Source of the DNA: Octopus sinensis
Lineage: Eukaryota
Direction: 5' to 3'
Assembly: GCF_006345805.1 (NCBI RefSeq)
Contig: NC_043020.1
Span: 186,001 to 250,000 of the forward strand
Length of the DNA: 64,000 nt
The position numbers were made by a program, and so were the translations under genes. The notes beneath the pieces were generated by a model. The model did no database searches. It was given only the letters and a program-made list of their open reading frames with translations, and was not told the DNA's origin. Within the stretch, counting starts at the first letter, position 1. The number at the start of each line of letters is the position of its first letter. This document shows positions 1 through 11,490 of the stretch, one piece after another.

Positions 1-4
1 AATT

Positions 5-51
<47 letters not shown>

Positions 52-686
52 AAAAAATATGTATATCTTACATTTCAGATTCCCATAAAATGCTGTATGG
101 AGTAGTATGATTTAATATATATTTATTATAGATTGATGGACTCATATATTTAGATACATACATCATGTATATATATATATATATATATAATATATATATA
201 TATAAAGGGTAATTTAGCCAGTATTTCTGCTATTCTAACAGGAATTCTACATTTAAAAAAATACATAATTTGTATCGTTATAAGTATGTCATTGCTATTA
301 TGTTAAACTGTCATATGTGCAAATTAGGTCAAATGCATTTTTTTTTTCAGTATTTAATTTTGCTTGGAATAACCAGTTCTTTTGGTCAAACACTTGTATC
401 TCAAGCTGCTTCAGATGCCAAGATAAGATAAATTGTCAAAGTGTAGTACAATGGTTTAGCATTTTTCAAAAATGTAGCAAGTCCCACATACAACAGCTTT
501 GCAAAAATATTTCTGACTGAAAACTTCATACATGCATAGAGCTATGATTTTATGTACCCAACAAAGTATTATTGTTAAGCTGAAACTGTTCCGAATCTAG
601 AAAAAGAAATGGAATGGTGAAACCATTTTTTCGTTTTTTTTGAAAATGATACGTTTTGAGCTTATGACACTTTTGCATGATAGCAA

Positions 687-742
<56 letters not shown>

Positions 743-744
743 AT

Positions 745-881
745 TCCTTGGTAGTATGGTGGTAAGTATCCCTGCCTGCCACGTGGGAGACTGAAGTTCG
801 ATTCTGTGCTGGGGAGGCATTGTCCTACTGGTGGTGCCCCAGCATGGCTGCAACATCAAAGCTGAAACATGTAAAAGAATG
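745..881 (+). mobile_element. tRNA-Asp-derived pseudogene/SINE: tRNA-like head 745-816 plus a 3' tail shared with SINE family A
   Basis: TCCTTGGTAGTATGGTGGTAAGTATCCCTGCCTGCCACGTGGGAGACTGAAGTTCGATTCTGTGCTGGGGAG is colinear with metazoan tRNA-Asp(GTC), but the anticodon reads GCC and the T-stem/acceptor pairing is broken. Followed by GGTGGTGCCCCAGCATGGC...CTGAAACATGTAAAAGA, as at family A 3' ends. Confidence 0.75.
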
Positions 882-927
882 TATGTATGTATATATATAT
901 ATAATATATATATATAGAGAGAGAGAG

Positions 928-1172
928 TTTACAATTTAAAGGAAAAACCAAGGGGAATAATTACAAGGTAATTAAATGTTGGTTAAGTGTCCCAGAATTT
1001 AAAACGGAGATAGTATTTAGTGGAAAATAGGAAAATTGAATAAGGAGACAAACTCTTGGAATGTTGTTAAACCATTTATATCTTGAATTCTTCTGCAGAT
1101 GTTTCAACGGATGCACTCCAAAATGTCTGACAGGATAAATTATGGTCAGCAATGCATCAGTCTCAACAGGAT
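928..1172 (-). mobile_element. Penelope-like terminal-repeat fragment with degenerate hammerhead motif (1090-1172)
   Basis: Minus strand: CTGTTGA-GACTGATGCAT...GTGCATCCGTT-GAAA-CATCTG. Long stem II, mutated core, bounded by microsatellites. Confidence 0.4.
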
Positions 1173-1229
1173 ACACACTCACACTCACACACACACATGT
1201 ATATTTGTACACATATACACTATATATAC

Positions 1230-1261
<32 letters not shown>

Positions 1262-1262
<1 letters not shown>

Positions 1263-1392
1263 CTTTTATCTTGTTTCACTCATTGGACTGCAGTCATGCT
1301 AAAGTACTGCCTCAAAGGGTTTGACACAAGTACTTATTTTTTTTAAAGTCTGGTACTTATTCTATTGGTCAAACTACAGTGGTGGTTGACAA

Positions 1393-1424
<32 letters not shown>

Positions 1425-1640
1425 ACATGCAAACACACACATACACATACACATTCATATACATGTATATACATATATGCAACAGGCTTCTTTCTTTCAG
1501 TTTCTGTCTACCTCATCCTCTCACAAAGCTTTGGTTAGCCCAGATCTATAAGAGGAGACACTTGCCCAAGGTTCCATGCTGTGGGACTGAACCTGGAACC
1601 ATGTGGTTGGGAAGCAAACATCTTACCACATAGCCATCCT
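1262..1640 (-). mobile_element. SINE family A (tRNA head + CORE-like CCTTGGGCAAGT + internal (GT)n)
   Basis: Reverse complement of the full-length copy at 61096-61536. Confidence 0.85.
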
Positions 1641-2609
1641 GGCACCCACACACACACACACATACACATGCATGTGCGCACATACACATACACGTGCGCA
1701 CAACCTGCATATTTGTTGCTTGGTTGTTGTTTTCTTTGACCTGCTCAGTTCGTTTGTGCTTTTTGGTTTTGGATAAATTAATATATTTCGCTTTTCATTT
1801 TTTGCGTTGAGGGAAATTTTTAATAAAGAGCGAAGATGATTTTCATTCTTTTTTTAATTTTTTTTTTTTTTTTTGGGAAATATAAAAATAAACTGCACTC
1901 CAAACAAGGCAACAAAACCAACGGAAGAAATTCATTCCATGAAAACAATACATTTTAATGATGCTGATGGGGGGGAGTAGGGAACGAGGGGGAGGTGAGA
2001 AAAAGGGAGGCCGAGAGAGAGAAAGGAGAGAGAAAAAAGAAAGCACTAATGAAAATTACAATGAATTTCTCTAACTATGAAATTAAAACTGAGAATAATA
2101 TATGAGCTTGTTCTGAAGAAATAAATTTGGCTTTTATGCTAATTTTTTGGTTTTCTATTTCTTTTCTTTAAAATTATCTGATTTCTTTGCATCAATTTAG
2201 ATGTGGTTCAAGGCTTTCTTCTTTCCTTCCTTTCTTTTTTTTTCTTTTTTTTTCCACTTTTTAAATTTTATCATAAAATTTGAACTCTCCCTATTCTTTT
2301 TTTTTATTTTCTGAAAAAAAAAAGTATCTTCTTTGGTCTCTTTTATCATCTGTATGTTTGTGCTTTCATTTTATTATTTATTATATTTGCTCATCAGAAG
2401 CAGTGCACTTGATTCTCAAAATAAGTTTGGACTTCAAAAAATAACTTGCATTGTTAGCTCATAAATAAATATTCTGTGCCTAAGAGCTATCGGTTGAAAT
2501 CTTTCATTGCATTTTGCACATTGGCAGAGCAGAGCACAATACTATTAACCTTTTTCTACAGCAGTTTTGTGTAAATGTGTGGAAAAATCAGTCGCTGTAC
2601 TGAGGCCCA

Positions 2610-3310
2610 GGCATGGCTGAGAAGTTAACAAGCTTGCTTTGTTATCACGTTTCAGGTTCAATCCCACGGTGTGGGACAAGTTTCAACTGTTTTCTGAGTG
2701 AATTTCATACGTAGAAACTGTAAGGAAGCCCATCATATATGTATGATTGTGTGTGTGTGTGTGTTGCCGCCTTGAACAACTTGAGAACTAGTGTAAATTT
2801 GTTTACATCCCTGCAACTTAGCAATTCAGCAAATGAGACCAATATAATTAGTACCAAGCTTTAATAAATAAGTATAGGGAGTAGTTGGATAAATTAATAT
2901 ATTTTACTCTTCGTTTTTATATCAAGGAAAATTTTGAATAAAGAATGAAGATGATTTTCTTTCTTTTTAATTTTTCGTAACCCGTTAGCATTCCGATTAT
3001 TCTGTCACAATGTTTTGAATTAATCATTCAATATCTTGTACTTTTGAGATTTCGATGATGTGATTGTTTATTTCTAGAATGACTTTGTAGGGTAGGTGTA
3101 AGAGGCTGGATCTGGCCAGTTTGAACATAGACTAGGTAGAAGAATATTGAGGCCAGATATGGCCTGTTTAACTGAGGGTAAGATATAAAAATAAACTGCA
3201 CTTCAAACAAGGTAACAAAACCAGTGAAAGAAATTTGTTAGACTAAACCCTTTAAGGCATAGCCCCAGTATGGCCACAGTCCAAGAACTGAAGCAAGTAT
3301 AAAGATACAA
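2610..3310 (+). mobile_element. SINE family A, interrupted by a local duplication (2885-3235) and MITE D
   Basis: Head GGCATGGCTGAGAAGTTAACAAGCTTGC, body AATTAGTACC, tail CCCCAGTATGGCCACAGTCC...AAGTATAAAGA. Confidence 0.75.
2981..3178 (+). mobile_element. MITE family D (piggyBac-like, CCC...GGG ends)
   Basis: CCCGTTAGCATT start; interior colinear with 11947-12694; ends GAGGG; GTAA at both ends. Confidence 0.75.
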
Positions 3311-3517
3311 AATGAAGGATAATGTTAATCTCTGTGTGGTTATTGTTATCACTGAAATTGATTTCGCATTAAACAAAGTTTGAACCTGATGAGATTTGAG
3401 CCTAGAATGACGAAATATCAAACTAGGTTCAGTAAAGCATCCACACTACAGCATTCGACTGTTTCATCGTTTATTAATGTCCATGTTGGATGGGCTGCCA
3501 TGTATTTACATATTTAA

Positions 3518-4298
3518 CCATGTAGCATTTAAACTGACCATATCCGGCCCGAAACATATGCTGCCAGTTTTATGTTCTAACTGGCCAGATACAGCCTATC
3601 ACACCTACCCTTTAATACCTATTTCTGTATTGCCCACAAGGGGCTAAACATAGAGGGGACAAACAAGGATAGACAAACAGATTAAGTCGATTACATAGAC
3701 CCCAGTGCGTAACTGGTACTTAATTTATCGACCCCGAAAGGATGAAAGGCAAAGTCGACCTTGGCGGAATTTGAACTCAGAATGTAGCGGCAAACGAAAT
3801 ACCTATTTCTTTACTACCCACAAGGGGCTAAACAAACGGATTAATTTGATTATATCGACCCCAGTGCGTAACTGGTACTTATTTAATTGACCCTGAAAGG
3901 TTGAAAGGCAAAGTCAACATCGGCGGAATTTGAACTCAGATCGTAGCGGCAAACGAAATACCTATTTCTTTACTACCCACAAGGGGCTAAACACAGAGGG
4001 GACAAACAAGGACAGACAAACAGATTAAGTCGATTATATTGATCCCAGTGCGTAACTGGTACTTGATTTATCGACCCCGAAAGGATGAAAGGCAAAGTCG
4101 ACCTCGGATGAATTTGAACTCAGAACGTAACGGCAGACGAAATACGGCTACGCTGCCTTACTACCCTTCAATACCATTCTTAAAATATACAATCATATCA
4201 TCAAAATGTCAAAACTCTGAGATAATGATTAATTAAATGCAGTGTGAATAAAAAAAAAAAAGCATTACATTTGACAGAATAATCTGAATGCTAAAGGG
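3518..4298 (-). mobile_element. MITE family D split by a SINE B trimer
   Basis: TTAA|CCATGTAGCATT ... AATGCTAAAGGG|TTGA; both halves match the reverse complement of family D. Confidence 0.8.
3620..4160 (-). mobile_element. SINE family B head-to-tail trimer
   Basis: Three copies of CGACCCCAGTGCGTAACTGGTAC...AAGGCAAAGTCGAC...AATTTGAACTCAG; 15-bp TSD CTACCCTT(T/C)AATACC at 3605-3619 and 4161-4175. Confidence 0.9.
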
Positions 4299-4772
4299 TT
4301 GAACCAATATTACACTCTTAGATTTGGGGTCAAAGATACAATACCATTGAACTTGTAATTACTGAATGATTTTATTTGTATAATTAAAAAGAACTTAGAT
4401 TGTCTTTCTACTTAGCATCTGGCTAGTCGAGGTCTAACACCTTCACTGCCATTATTTCATATAAACTCTGTATAAACATTTGAGGTATATGTAGGAAATG
4501 CGAAGTAACATTAGTTTTCCTATTCTAAAAATTATTAACAAATTCTCTTTCGTTTATGTTGATTCATTGAAATTTGACTCATGCTAATAATCAATTTACT
4601 TACCGACGCCAGTCTAGTTGGCAGCTGTAATTGGTCGAAGTCAAAGATCACATCCATTTTTATTAAGTTTGCTTTCACTTGTCACCTGTCAACTTGACCC
4701 CATTTCATAAATTATATTCAATAATTACAGTTCAATCAGTCACTCATATATTATTAGCATTTCTTCTCTTGA

Positions 4773-4822
<50 letters not shown>

Positions 4823-5286
4823 GTGGTATCTATTTAATTTAGTTGTCAGATAGAATTTTAATGTAGCTGTCGGTTTCATTGCGATAGTGACAGCCTGCGA
4901 TATATTGGGGCCAATAGAGGCACAGAACAACAGGTGCATCATCTTAGCTAGGTATCATAAAGTAGAATTAACATTGTGATAACTCAAGAGAGGAAGAGAG
5001 AGTTGACACATATATTTTGGTAGGGAAGAAATTTTTATAGCAGCTGAGTGTGCTCTTAATGACTCCTGAGCATATGCATACTAAATATAATTTAAAATTT
5101 AATGAAGGCTGAATGTCTTCTTGTCAAATACTATTTCAAATTAGCAATTAATCATTCAGTCTTGATGTTTTGTTTATGAAAAATGAATAAATATTGTTAC
5201 ACCTGATTTATGATTTGTTATATAGCCATAGGTCAGCCCTTTTCCAGCTGTTGCCATCCCTTCTTATTTTCATTCGTAATCAGATA

Positions 5287-5793
5287 TCTATATATATAAA
5301 ACTGTAGTTGTGTGAGTGTCTGTCCCCTTCGATTTAGATTCCTAACTACTCCCACATTTTGCGGTGCAGTTTAACCAAATTCGGGTATCTTATAGTCGTG
5401 ATTCATATCGAGCCCGTCTGAGTATTAGCGCGCATCTACGGTGAGTCTACGATTTTAAAAATAATTTAACATCATTTTTTATTCCATTTTAATGCATAAT
5501 TTTTCGTGTGTCGATGGCGGCGGAGTTGGCGTCCATGGTCGCACCTGTTTGCTTCTCCCTGTTCTTCCCTCCCTCGTGAAGCTGTGGGGAAGGGAGTGTA
5601 AGGAAATCAATGTCGTAAAGCGTTGTCAAGGAGACCAGCGTTCTTTTAGAACAACGACTTCATGGCTTGAAGACACCAAAACAGAAATGGCTAAGAAAGC
5701 CCGAATTGGCATCTATAAGGGAAGTAACTCTCTAAAAATGCTTATATAGTTATTTCCCTTACAAACCCGAGCAACGCCGGGCGATACTGCTAG
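5287..5793 (+). mobile_element. Non-autonomous Helitron
   Basis: A|TCTATATATATAAA 5' end; subterminal hairpin CCCGAGCAACGCCGGG; CTAG|T 3' end; no TSD; interrupts an older family F repeat. Confidence 0.85.
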
Positions 5794-6070
5794 TGACTTC
5801 ATAATCCAATATCTCCCTCTTTCTCTATTCTAAGGCAATATTATGTGATTTTGAGAAGGATTTGGTTATTGTTTCTAGTCTTCTATTCAGACATAGTATG
5901 TCTAAGACTAAATTGCCTAATGTATTCCTTTGTAAGGCAGTAGGGATGAGAAATTTAATTGCTTAATAACCACATACAAGTTCTCTTTTTAATTTGCTAC
6001 ACATCACATATATGTGTTTCATTCGCTGTATATTTCATAGACTGCTCACAGGAACTTGAGCCTGTGCATG

Positions 6071-6111
<41 letters not shown>

Positions 6112-6757
6112 ACACACACACACATGCATGCACACACACACACTCTTAAGTTCCTATATGAGTGTGCATACACACACACTCACACAGTGTTGGACATACA
6201 ACTAGTCTGTATACAGGAACTTTACCCTTTCCATACACTTATTTACAGCAATGTGAGTAAAAGCAACAAAGTTTAATAATTAATAAAATGTCAAGAAACC
6301 ACCTCAGGGCTTTATGAAAGGACAGTTGGAAATTGCGATATTTTTGTCTTCCCAGAAAGCATTTGTAATGTAAGTCAAGTAGCAAAATTGCTTCAGTTAG
6401 CCATAAATGCATACATACATACACATACATATACATGCATATATATATGACATAATATTCAAGTTCTTTGTTCTAAGTGGGTGAACAGAGTGTCTTTGAA
6501 CCTGTAACCCCTGGAATGTATATGTGTTTGTGTATCAGTTCCAACACTAACATAAAAAGCAGGATAAAGAAAAAACACACACACACAAACAAAACACTAA
6601 CTGTTGTGAAGATTAGAAGCAGCAGCAGTAGCTGCAGTTAAAATGGGTTCAAATTTTGTTCCAAGACCTGAAAATAATTTTTTTTTTTTTTTTATTGATG
6701 GGAGACAGGGTTTTAACTAATTACATTAACTTCTGTGCTCAATTGGTATCTGTTTTA

Positions 6758-6989
6758 AGGCAGCGAGCTGGCAGAAACGTTAGCACGCCGGGCGAAATGC
6801 TAAGCGGTATTTCGTCTGCTGCTACGTTCTGAGTTCAAATTCCGCCGAGGTCGACTTTGCCTTTCATCCTTTCTGGGTCGATTAAATAGGTACCAGTTAT
6901 GCACTGGGGTCGATATAATTGACTTAATCCGTTTGCCTGTCCTTGTTTGTCCCTTCTGTGTTTAGCCCCCTGTAGGCAATAAAGAAATA
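6758..6989 (+). mobile_element. Young full-length SINE B inserted into an older antisense SINE B (approx. 6715-7132)
   Basis: AGGCAGCGAGCTGGCAGAAACGTTAG head, GAGTTCAAATTCC B box, AAAGAAATA tail; 13-bp TSD GGTATCTGTTTTA at 6745-6757 and 6990-7002. Confidence 0.9.
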
Positions 6990-7229
6990 GGTATCTGTTT
7001 TATTGATCTCTGAAAGAAAGAAAAGCTACGGTGACCTCAATGGATTTTGAACTCAGAGTGTAATAAGTCGGAAGAAACACCTCCAAGCATTTTGTCCAAT
7101 GTTCTATCAGTTCTGCCAGCTTGCTGCCTTAGTTTCTTCAATTGTAATGGTACCAGTTTTCCATCATCTTCATTATCCACCTCAAAATATATTAACACCA
7201 TGCTAATCTTAAGAATTTTGTAAAGGCTA

Positions 7230-7760
7230 TATGTTGTTGTTTTTGCTCCCAGCTAAGTCTGATGTAGCAGGGCTGTGGTCAAATATGTTTCAGATGTAAC
7301 ATGTTTTTTTGTATAGTAGGGACTTGTTTGTCTTTTTTGTATGACAGTAGCATGCTGATTTGAAGCAGATTTGACTGCTATTTCTTACTGCTTGAGCAAC
7401 TACATGGTAAGGGCTTCACATTGTTGCACACCCTACAAAATATGGCAGCCAAAGTACCCTCAAATCAAGCTTTGCCTTCTTTCAAAACATGGAAGGATAC
7501 TTTTGTTTGATAGGAGCATGGAATTTGAGGTATATTTGGCTGCTATTTCTCACAGCTTGAGCAGCCACATATATTGCTTATACTGTCAAATATATCAGCT
7601 AAATCACCCTTGGATCAAACATTACTCTCTTCAAAAATATAAAAAGATACTTTGGGTAATATGGCGCTAGATATTGTGAGAACAAGATGGTCATGGCTAG
7701 AATGGCATTGATTATATAGGTTAGGTCAGTCAGAGCTGGCCTGGAGTTAGACAACTACAT
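7230..7760. repeat. Cluster of old family F fragments in alternating orientation
   Basis: The motif ATTTG(G/A)CTGCTATTTCT and its diverged complement (GGCAGCCAAA, TCAGCTAAAT) alternate; (TTG)n at the left end and ACAACTAC at the right. Confidence 0.55.
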
Positions 7761-8670
7761 AGGCTTCCTCATCTGCTTGTACAGTTGCTGCTGCTGTGTG
7801 GTGCAAGTTTATAAGTTTGCTTTGCCTCAGGAGATAATTATTTGCATTAACCTATCACACCTCTGTTTGCTCATGATTGAGTATTTAGCGTTAAGTATGG
7901 GTATTCATCTGTTAAAATATTTGTAGTTTACTTGAAGCATTTCATACATGTATGACATTGGAAAAAATAACGAAACCAAGCAACTTAACATGCAGACTAT
8001 AGAGAAATATATTTGATCTTCTTTAATTTTTTAAAATTTTATTTATTTAAAAAATTTTTTTTATTATTCCGCTATATTCTGCATTGATAAACGGTTCTCA
8101 TTACTCTCTGATGCTTATTCTTGGTTCAGTAATTCAAATGCAAATATTTAAATTTCCAGAAAATTATTATTTTCTTTTTTTTTTTTTTACCTATACAAGT
8201 TTGAAAAAGTATTTCAAAGAAAAAAAAAAAATTTTTTTTTTCGGAAAATTTATTTCCTGTGAAATGTGAAATTAACTTGTATTTACATGAATCTATCTGA
8301 CAGTTTCAACTACTTTGATCCACCTTATGGAAATTTGCTTATCTTGTTTACATTGTCTAGCTTATTTACATTTTAACTGAAATTTGTGTTATGTATCTCT
8401 TACTTAATTGGATGTTAGAAATGTTTTGTGTGCAAGTGTGTGTAATTTTCTTCTTAAAGAAGAACTTATAAGAAATAGTCATATTTTTTTTTTATCAGCT
8501 TATTGTTACTGTTCTTATATGATGTAATATCAGTGATATCTGTGTAAAATTTTATAAAATTTTTTCTATATTTTAATCAGGAATCAAATGGTGAATTTTA
8601 GCACTATATGTGTGTGTGTGTTTATGTGTGTGTGTACATGCATTCTCTGTCTCTCAGTCTGTCTGTCTCT

Positions 8671-8720
<50 letters not shown>

Positions 8721-8721
<1 letters not shown>

Positions 8722-8877
8722 GTCTATATGTATATATATGTGTGCATGCCTCTCTTTCTCTCCCAATCATCATCATCATCAGGTTAAGGCTCCAGGTATG
8801 TTAACCTGATGATGATTGAGAGAGAGAGAGAGAAAGAGATATACATGCATGCACACACATATATACACATATAGACA
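8721..8877. repeat. Long imperfect inverted repeat (fold-back)
   Basis: ATCATCATCAGGTTAA-13 nt loop-TTAACCTGATGATGAT core; symmetry extends through (CT)/(AG), TGCATG and TGTCTATATG/CATATAGACA. Confidence 0.85.
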
Positions 8878-9579
8878 CTTCTACGTATATACATACATGT
8901 TGGACTTTATTTTACAAAATACAAAATAAAATGATAAATGGAGTTGTTGACGAGTAAGAACAAGAACCAGATTACTGTTTAGAATGGCCAGAGGCAAGAC
9001 AACTGGAATATTCATTAAATCTTGAAATAAAGAGTATGGATTTACAAAAGATTTCCATTAATCGTAATATTGATATCGTGGTGGATGATGTTAGTCGACC
9101 TTGTTCTCATCTCAGATTTCTCTTCTGCATGTTTTGCTTTTTATCCAGGAATTTAAATAGTTTTATTAGAATTGCTGATCTAGTGATGGCTGATTTGATT
9201 GTGTTGAAACCATGTTAGTGAATTTTATTTATGGAAAATCGTTATAAAAAAAAAATTGCAGTTATCCGCTTGTCATCTCCATAACGACAAGTCTTCCGCA
9301 AAAATCCACATGTAATAGTTATTGTTTTTGATCAGAGCTAAAGAAATGGGATTGTTCCAAGACTGTTTGAGAAGAACAAGTCACTTTGACAGGATTAGTT
9401 TTAATGTGTTTGAAATGTTTGTCTGTCAAGACATAGCAGGAATAACCTAGTTTGTTTTAATATGCAAGATAGATTTAGACGGATTTTCTATAGTAGAAAA
9501 GAAATCACTGTAAGTGCAAGCAGTGTGTCATTCTATATGCTAGATTCATAGACTCCTTACATTTTAAATACTTTCTCTA

Positions 9580-10006
9580 ATCTAATAGCGCACTTAAGCA
9601 TGTAGTCGGTGGTTGAGAACTGTACAATGACTTTACAGCTATAGCAACAGTGATACTAGTAGTAGTAGTAAGGATAAGTCTTTTATTTATCCTGCACGTG
9701 ATGGACTCTCCCATCAAAGACAATGTATGAGTGTTCAGCTTTTGCCGAACGACCTGTGCAAATGATTTGTTTATAGTGATCAAACGTTCGTGCTGCACAT
9801 TAGATCATTCTCTCTATCAAATCAACGTTGCCAACAAGTGCACGGTGCACCAGTGCACCATGCATCAGGTGTCAAAAGGATTGCAGAGCAACATGAGATG
9901 GCGTGTTTCGCACCAGAAAACACAACACACCACCCAGTCTAGGAATTGAAATCAAAATTTCATAATCGAGAGTGCAACACCCTAACCACTAGGCTATGCG
10001 TTCTCA
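9580..10006 (-). mobile_element. SINE family G (tRNA-derived head)
   Basis: Minus-strand head GCATAGCCTAGTGGTTAGGGTGTTGCACTC...TTTCAATTCC; related heads near 10650, 25500 and 41830. Left boundary approximate. Confidence 0.65.
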
Positions 10007-10227
10007 TGTTCTGCACGTACTGATAGCATAAATAATTATTATTGGGGTAGAAATTTATCATTTTTTTTCTTTCATCCATTTGACAGACAAGAGATCTTGC
10101 ACTTAGTCTAGGAAGGTTATCTCAAGCCAGATGTAGATACAGCTGGGAGTAATGGTGTTTCAGTTAATTAAGAGTTTGAATAATTTCTTTGTATGTGAGC
10201 ATAAGCATGTATGCATATATATATCTA

Positions 10228-10286
<59 letters not shown>

Positions 10287-10357
10287 ATATATATATATAT
10301 TATATATATATATACACACACATATATATATACACACACATATATATATATATATAT

Positions 10358-10430
10358 AGGGAGAGTTTACGAAAAAGACAAAAGACGAAGACAGGTGGTG
10401 TACAAAACAAACAGATGTATTAGTGTAACG

Positions 10431-10432
<2 letters not shown>
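10358..10432 (-). mobile_element. Penelope-like terminal fragment within (TA)n
   Basis: Resembles 19110-19190 (purine-rich AAAAGAC...AAC...TATTA.TG.A.CGCT) and is flanked by TA microsatellite on both sides. Confidence 0.4.
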
Positions 10433-10472
<40 letters not shown>

Positions 10473-10479
10473 TGTATCA

Positions 10480-10715
10480 TAGTATTGATCAGACTAATTG
10501 GTTGTTACACATCACTGGTCACAATGCACTTAATATTGTTTTAGCTTTTGAATGATGTCACCTGCCCAGGCTACGTGAGCAGGTTAACATTCCCCTGATC
10601 AGAAAGCTATTTCATCAAAGGATTACTCATTTGCAGTTGAGTGGACAAGAACAATGTGAAATGAAGTGTTTTGTTCAAGAGCACATCATGTCACCCAGTC
10701 CAGGAATCGTGAGTA
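10480..10715 (-). mobile_element. SINE family G, decayed
   Basis: CAATGTGAAATGAAGTGTTTTGTTCAAGAGCACA...CCCAGTCCAGGAATCG shared with other G copies. Confidence 0.6.
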
Positions 10716-10788
10716 TAATGTCCCTTCACACACAGATGTGTGTGTCATGTGTAATGTTGTAGAAGTTGTATTCCTAATTTAGTGTTAA

Positions 10789-11006
10789 CCCTTCTGATAT
10801 TAACCCACCCGAGATTGCTCCTGGTTCTATGATACAAATTTCTTGTTTAGAAATGATCTAAATTAAAACTTACCTTCATAATTTCATGTTAATCCGTTCC
10901 AAACTCTAGCTTGATATTCACAGTTATTTTACTAAATTGTTCATCATTTTCTAAATTAATTAAAACAAAAGTAGTGCATTTTAACAGAAATATGGTTCCA
11001 AATTGG
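10789..11006 (+). mobile_element. MITE family E (piggyBac-like, TTAA-flanked)
   Basis: TTAA|CCCTTCTGATAT ... TTGG|TTAA; colinear with 34229-34461 and with the reverse complement of 32682-32902. Confidence 0.75.
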
Positions 11007-11142
11007 TTAAATTTAGGTACAAAGTTTTTTCCCTTCATAGTTTTAGCTTTGCCCTATATATAAGTCACAGCCCTATTTTTTCAGTTGAATTCAAATCTAA
11101 AAAAAATATGAATTATACATAAGCAAATATGGTGTATATATA

Positions 11143-11490
11143 TCATCATCATCATCATCGTTTAGCATCCGCTTTCCATGCTGGCATGGGTTGGATGGTT
11201 CAACTGGGGTCTGGGAAGCCAGAAGGCTGCACCAGGCCCAGTCTGATCTGGCAATGTTTCTACGGCTGGATGCCCTTCCTAACACCAACCACTCCATGAG
11301 TGTAGTGGGTGCTTTTTACGTGCCACCGGCACAGGTGCCAGACGAGGCTGGTAAACGGCCACGATCGGATGGTGCTTTTTATGTGCCACTGGTATGGAGG
11401 CCAGGTGAGGCTGGCAACAGCCACGATCGGATGGTGCTTTTTACGTGCCACCGGCACAGAGGCCAGTCGGGGCGGCGCTGGCATCGGGGT
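11143..11490 (-). mobile_element. SINE-like family C with (GAT)n tail and 62-63-bp internal tandem units
   Basis: (CAT)n-CGTTTAGCATCCGCTTTCCATGCTGGCATGGGTTGG...GGATGCCCTTCCTAAC; units start at 11320, 11383, 11445; near-identical to 38247-38568. Confidence 0.85.

Noticed and set aside
745-816. Functional tRNA-Gly/Asp gene
   Set aside because: Broken T-stem and acceptor pairing, anticodon/body mismatch, no oligo-T terminator, and a SINE tail follows.
3381-3431. CTGATGA...CGAAA hammerhead-like motif with TGAAC/GTTCA stem
   Set aside because: No valid NUH cleavage triplet or stem III, weak stem II; appears to be a decayed SINE B segment.
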